The notes under the pieces are model-generated. The model saw only the letters and a program-made list of their open reading frames with translations. It was not told the origin of the DNA and ran no database searches. A DNA stretch of 16,938 nt from a virus (taxonomy: Duplodnaviria; Heunggongvirae; Uroviricota; Caudoviricetes), in IMG/VR virus record IMGVR_UViG_3300028895_001083; one strand, 5' to 3'. Positions 13,596 to 16,938 of the stretch are shown here, piece after piece (within the stretch, counting starts at the first letter, position 1; each line of letters starts with the position of its first letter). The translations under genes and the position numbers were made by a program.

Positions 13596-14213
13596 ATGCG
13601 CACCGATGTACTGCTGGCGATTGTGGGGACCATCCTGCTGTGTCTCGTCGCGTTGTTCTGCTGGGATGCCTTTGGGCCGGAGACGGCCTCGGCAGCGCCC
13701 GCAAAGCAGACCGAAGCGAAGGACACCAAGAAGGACACCAAGAAGGAGGAGGCAGAGCCGACCTCCACTTGCACGCCTTCCCCCACCCCGGCCATGCAAC
13801 CCCGGCCTGATCGCAAGGCCTCGCCGACCCCGGCGAAACGGTGTTTCACACCGAGCGAGCTGCGGGAGTTCTGCAGCAAGACGCCGCCCACGCTGAAGTA
13901 CGTCATTGTCGAAGAGACGGTGACGAAGAACAGCAAGGAAGAAGAACCATTTGCCAAGTGGCTGGTTCTCGACGGCGGCAAAACCCTCGTTATTCCCTAT
14001 CGGCATCGGAACGTCTGGCACAAAGCCGGCACCACCGAGCCGATGGCGGAGAGTGAGGAAGTCACGCTTCCGAAGCATTGGGAGCACTGGGATCGGATCG
14101 CCGATAACCAGTGCGACTTTGCGCCGGAAGCACGTGGAGATCGGATGACCTCCACAAAAAGTAATGGCGGCCACACCCTGCGGGTGGGGCGCTATTACTT
14201 CGACGCACCGTAA
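13596..14213 (+). CDS. Membrane-anchored or secreted hypothetical protein (205 aa)
   Basis: AAGGGAG 13583-13589; N-terminal VLLAIVGTILLCLVALFCW then an Ala/Pro/Lys/Thr-rich linker. Confidence 0.8.
   Translation: MRTDVLLAIVGTILLCLVALFCWDAFGPETASAAPAKQTEAKDTKKDTKKEEAEPTSTCTPSPTPAMQPRPDRKASPTPAKRCFTPSELREFCSKTPPTLKYVIVEETVTKNSKEEEPFAKWLVLDGGKTLVIPYRHRNVWHKAGTTEPMAESEEVTLPKHWEHWDRIADNQCDFAPEARGDRMTSTKSNGGHTLRVGRYYFDAP
13719..13747 (+). repeat. In-frame 12-bp tandem repeat (AAGGACACCAAG x2 plus partial), encoding KDTKKDTKK
   Basis: Read directly at 13719-13730, 13731-13742 and 13743-13747. Confidence 0.8.
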
Positions 14214-14219
14214 CTTCTG

Positions 14220-14332
14220 GGTTCCGTTTGGTATGTGCATCCTGTAGGATGAATCACGCTACCATCGGAACCAAGCGATAAAGAGCAGCGCCCGGCCCCA
14301 TCCAGGCCGGGCGCAACGTGCTCTTTTCGCTT
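14220..14332 (+). ncRNA. Candidate structured RNA or mRNA leader: two abutting long hairpins
   Basis: Hairpin 1 14220-14272 (about 21 bp with bulges). Hairpin 2 14273-14332 (10+8+6 bp, with a 4-nt and a 1-nt bulge). No family recognised. Confidence 0.5.
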
Positions 14333-14358
14333 AGCCTTTGGAACATAAGGAGCCGGCA

Positions 14359-14859
14359 GTGAAGCCGATCTATCCAGACGACATAATCGATTTCATGGCG
14401 AGCGGAGAGCCGCTCTACGTTGTCCTCGAGGCAGGTCCGTTCAAAGAGAACGTGTCGCCCTACACCGGCGAGAAGACCACTGTCGAGGATACGTCTATGC
14501 ATGGGAGGGTGCAGCAGGTGGTCGGTTACAATCCGCCGTGGATCCTGCTGTTGCCTCTCGAACCGCCTCGGAAGAACCCGTCATCGCTGGGTCCGTTCTC
14601 GGTGATGGCGTTTGGGCCACAGCCGCAACAGCGTCAGCCCGAGGCAACACCCTACTACCTGCCGGACATTTCCATGCGGCAGGTGGACGGTGACTACTTG
14701 GAAGCTTACCGCAGGTACGTTTGTGGTGAGCAGGAGAAGGAGGACGTCTTCAAAGACCTGACGCCGATCCAGCGCACCATCCAGCGGCTGGAGTGCGGGC
14801 AGTGCGAAGACAAATCCAACTGCACAAACTGTATATCAAAGAGGCAGAAGAGTGAGTAA
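14359..14859 (+). CDS. Hypothetical protein with C-terminal CxxC-x4-CxxC (166 aa)
   Basis: AAGGAG 14347-14352 favours GTG 14359 over the track start 14338; ends in ECGQCEDKSNCTNC. Confidence 0.75.
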   Translation: MKPIYPDDIIDFMASGEPLYVVLEAGPFKENVSPYTGEKTTVEDTSMHGRVQQVVGYNPPWILLLPLEPPRKNPSSLGPFSVMAFGPQPQQRQPEATPYYLPDISMRQVDGDYLEAYRRYVCGEQEKEDVFKDLTPIQRTIQRLECGQCEDKSNCTNCISKRQKSE

Positions 14860-15511
14860 TCGCAACCCAAGGGGAATCCGGTTGGATCGTGGAGAGCACG
14901 ACGAGGAGCTCGAAGGCACCTACACCGTCGAGGTTCACTGCGCCAACTGTGACTGGGCGGGAGATGTCGAGATACCCAAAGGCATTCCCGTACCCAAAGG
15001 ACTACCACTCGAACAGATTGCCAGGTGCGATGAGTGCGGTTGCTACACGCTCATCCGCCCTGCCGATGAAGAAGAGCCAGAGACTGAGCCCTCGCAAGGG
15101 GAGGAGGTTGATGCTGCTCAAGAACGCATGGATCAGATCCGGCGTGAACTAGAGCGAGTACGCAGGGAGCAGGGAAACCGCCCGCTGCCTCCGTTTACTC
15201 CATATCGTGAGCGTCCGCCGCGTGAAACGCCGGTGCCAGATCCCAATGTCGTGCCTCGTCCGTCGGAGCAGACATCGCCGTGGGGGCCCGTGACGCCCGT
15301 GACGCCCAGGCCGAACACCGGTGACGGCTTTCCGCCTGGCATGATCTGGATGTCCACCACGGGACAGCAAGGCGAGCAACCAAACCTGAACGGCGATATA
15401 TTCCCACGGGATGCCGTCAGTATGTCGAGTCAACCACTGCGTCGGGAACACCTTTCTGACGCACAAGTTGAGTGGCTGAACCATATCGGGTGCAACCCCG
15501 AGGAGGTGTAA
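14852..15511 (+). CDS. Zinc-ribbon protein with Pro-rich disordered tail (219 aa)
   Basis: GTG start overlapping the upstream stop; YTVEVHCANCDW...ARCDECGC zinc-ribbon pattern. Confidence 0.75.
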   Translation: MSNRNPRGIRLDRGEHDEELEGTYTVEVHCANCDWAGDVEIPKGIPVPKGLPLEQIARCDECGCYTLIRPADEEEPETEPSQGEEVDAAQERMDQIRRELERVRREQGNRPLPPFTPYRERPPRETPVPDPNVVPRPSEQTSPWGPVTPVTPRPNTGDGFPPGMIWMSTTGQQGEQPNLNGDIFPRDAVSMSSQPLRREHLSDAQVEWLNHIGCNPEEV

Positions 15512-15538
15512 GCACACACATTCACTTCTTTCTTCGAG

Positions 15539-15579
15539 ACCCACCGTACTCTCCCGCAGTACGGTGGGTTTTTCTTTTT
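15539..15579 (+). terminator. Rho-independent terminator
   Basis: ACCCACCGTACT-CTCCCGC-AGTACGGTGGGT (perfect 12-bp stem) followed by TTTTCTTTTT. Confidence 0.9.
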
Positions 15580-15600
15580 GCGGGATCCAAGGAGGCCCAC

Positions 15601-16611
15601 GTGGCTGTGAAGTACAAGACAGAGGCTATCGAGCTTGGCTTGAAGGCCTCACGGCAGCTGCTACTGAACACGGATGAATCCACCTGGAAGGAGGACGATC
15701 CGCAGATCAAACTGGGAAACGATGCGCTGGCTGCCAGCGCACAATTCGTTCCCGCGGCACGTTTGCAGATGATGCTGGACGGACCGCCCACGCTCGAAAC
15801 GGCCGAGCTGGTGACGAATCCGACAGTCAAGCTGGAACGCATGGGCGCGGCGATCCACTTCCTGCACAGCGCCCGCGATCGTTTCCTCGAAGGTGTCGTG
15901 CGTGCCACCCACTTCATGGTGGGCAAGATGCAGGCCGCGGTGCAGCCGTTGAACTTCGGCGAAACCATGGACTGGATCGAAGAGAACGTCAGCTTCACGG
16001 AGCCCACCACCAACATCCTCGGGCAGATGGAGCAGTTGATCTATCTCGCTGCCAGCTCCAGCGGCAACGACAAGGCTGCCTGCGAAGCCATCTGCGCCGA
16101 TTTCGTCGACAGCGTCTGGGCGCGTGCCATCCCCTACGAAGAGGAGATCTGGGGACTCTTCCTGGAGAAGAAGGACGCGTGGCTCGCAGAGGACAAGGCG
16201 AAAGAGGAGGCAGAAGGTGGCGGCTCCGGCGGTGCCCTCGGCGCGCTCATGCAGATGCTCGGTGGTGGCGGTGACGGTGGTGGCCCTGTGGCCATCAACA
16301 TGGCGGATGTGGCCCGTATGGCCGGGGTGGAGTGTGACTGCCCCGAGTGCACGGCCGAACGCGCAGCAGCGGCTGGCGAGACGACCGAAGCCATGTCCGT
16401 CGAGGATGCCCAAAAGGTGGTCAACGAGGCCCGGGGCGACCTCAAGCTCGATCCGATCGAAGACTTTGACAAATGGGAGATGCGCGCGGACGACGGTTCC
16501 ACCTACCCGCTCATCGACCAGGTCGTTATCAACCGGATGACGAAACTCCAGATTTCCATGATGATGGATAACGGCCTCATCCGCCGTAGAAAGGAACCCG
16601 CGGAAGCGTGA
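15601..16611 (+). CDS. Hypothetical helical protein with Gly-rich linker and CDCPEC motif (336 aa)
   Basis: AAGGAGG 15589-15595 before GTG 15601. The track start 15472 would run through the terminator and the previous gene. Confidence 0.8.
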   Translation: MAVKYKTEAIELGLKASRQLLLNTDESTWKEDDPQIKLGNDALAASAQFVPAARLQMMLDGPPTLETAELVTNPTVKLERMGAAIHFLHSARDRFLEGVVRATHFMVGKMQAAVQPLNFGETMDWIEENVSFTEPTTNILGQMEQLIYLAASSSGNDKAACEAICADFVDSVWARAIPYEEEIWGLFLEKKDAWLAEDKAKEEAEGGGSGGALGALMQMLGGGGDGGGPVAINMADVARMAGVECDCPECTAERAAAAGETTEAMSVEDAQKVVNEARGDLKLDPIEDFDKWEMRADDGSTYPLIDQVVINRMTKLQISMMMDNGLIRRRKEPAEA

Positions 16612-16938
16612 GCACCGGAAACATTCCCCTTGACATCCTGAACGCACGTCAGTGTGAACGTATAAGACTCGTGCCGCGGCAGCACGGGTTGGAGCTGCAG
16701 TTGCAAAATCCCAACGGTCTTGCCCCTACCGACGAATATGACCCAGCCAAGCTGGCTATTTTCGAAACACCCGAAACCAAGATTTGCAACGACCAGCTTA
16801 TTGCGTCTGTCCGCGTTGAGAAGACTGAGAGCGGCTACCAGTTCTATTCGACACTGCCGCACGGCGCACGCATCTGTGCAGCCATCACAGCACTCAACAC
16901 TATTCTCGACAGCCACGGCAGCCTCCCAGTGAGACTGC
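16608..16938 (+). CDS. Hypothetical protein, 3'-truncated by the window edge (at least 110 aa)
   Basis: GTGA start/stop overlap at 16608-16611; frame open to the end: MSTGNIPLDILNARQCERIRLVPRQHGLELQLQNPNGLAPTDEYDPAKLAIFETPETKICNDQLIASVRVEKTESGYQFYSTLPHGARICAAITALNTILDSHGSLPVRL. Confidence 0.7.
   Translation, partial: MSTGNIPLDILNARQCERIRLVPRQHGLELQLQNPNGLAPTDEYDPAKLAIFETPETKICNDQLIASVRVEKTESGYQFYSTLPHGARICAAITALNTILDSHGSLPVRL

Noticed and set aside
16630-16666. TTGACA ... TATAAG promoter-like pair
   Set aside because: The spacer is 25 nt and both boxes lie inside the ORF starting at 16608.
1-16938. Stop-codon reassignment, CRISPR array, integrase or IS element
   Set aside because: TAG, TGA and TAA all end genes cleanly with coupled downstream starts; no regularly spaced repeats, recombinase or transposase motifs were seen.

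Overview
A GC-rich, densely packed, almost entirely plus-strand gene block that reads as part of a large tailed dsDNA phage genome; host and lineage cannot be assigned from this window. The standard genetic code fits. Recognisable genes: a RuvC-like resolvase (72-698), a portal-like protein with a Cys-x2-Cys insertion and a low-complexity tail (7568-9565), an antisense endonuclease VII/HNH gene overlapping the portal 3' end (9498-10010), a GT-B/GT4-like glycosyltransferase (10122-11165) and a SEC-C motif protein (11699-12277). About 20 further hypothetical genes are present, several with starts that differ from the ORF track or missing from it (2-118, 2087-2206, 5820-5966, 7377-7553, 16608-end). 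The most unusual signals are non-coding: (1) a CAT-anticodon tRNA-like gene with an 8-bp acceptor stem and a 37-nt structured variable region; (2) a bipartite promoter-like motif GYAGCARTA-N15-TAAGATGGTGG found twice, once ahead of the portal operon; (3) an intergenic region folding into two abutting long hairpins (14220-14332); (4) intrinsic terminators placed directly in front of ribosome-binding sites. A DEDD-exonuclease-like protein lacking the catalytic acids lies next to ruvC. All family calls come from motif recognition by eye; no searches were run. No CRISPR array, integrase or transposase was seen.
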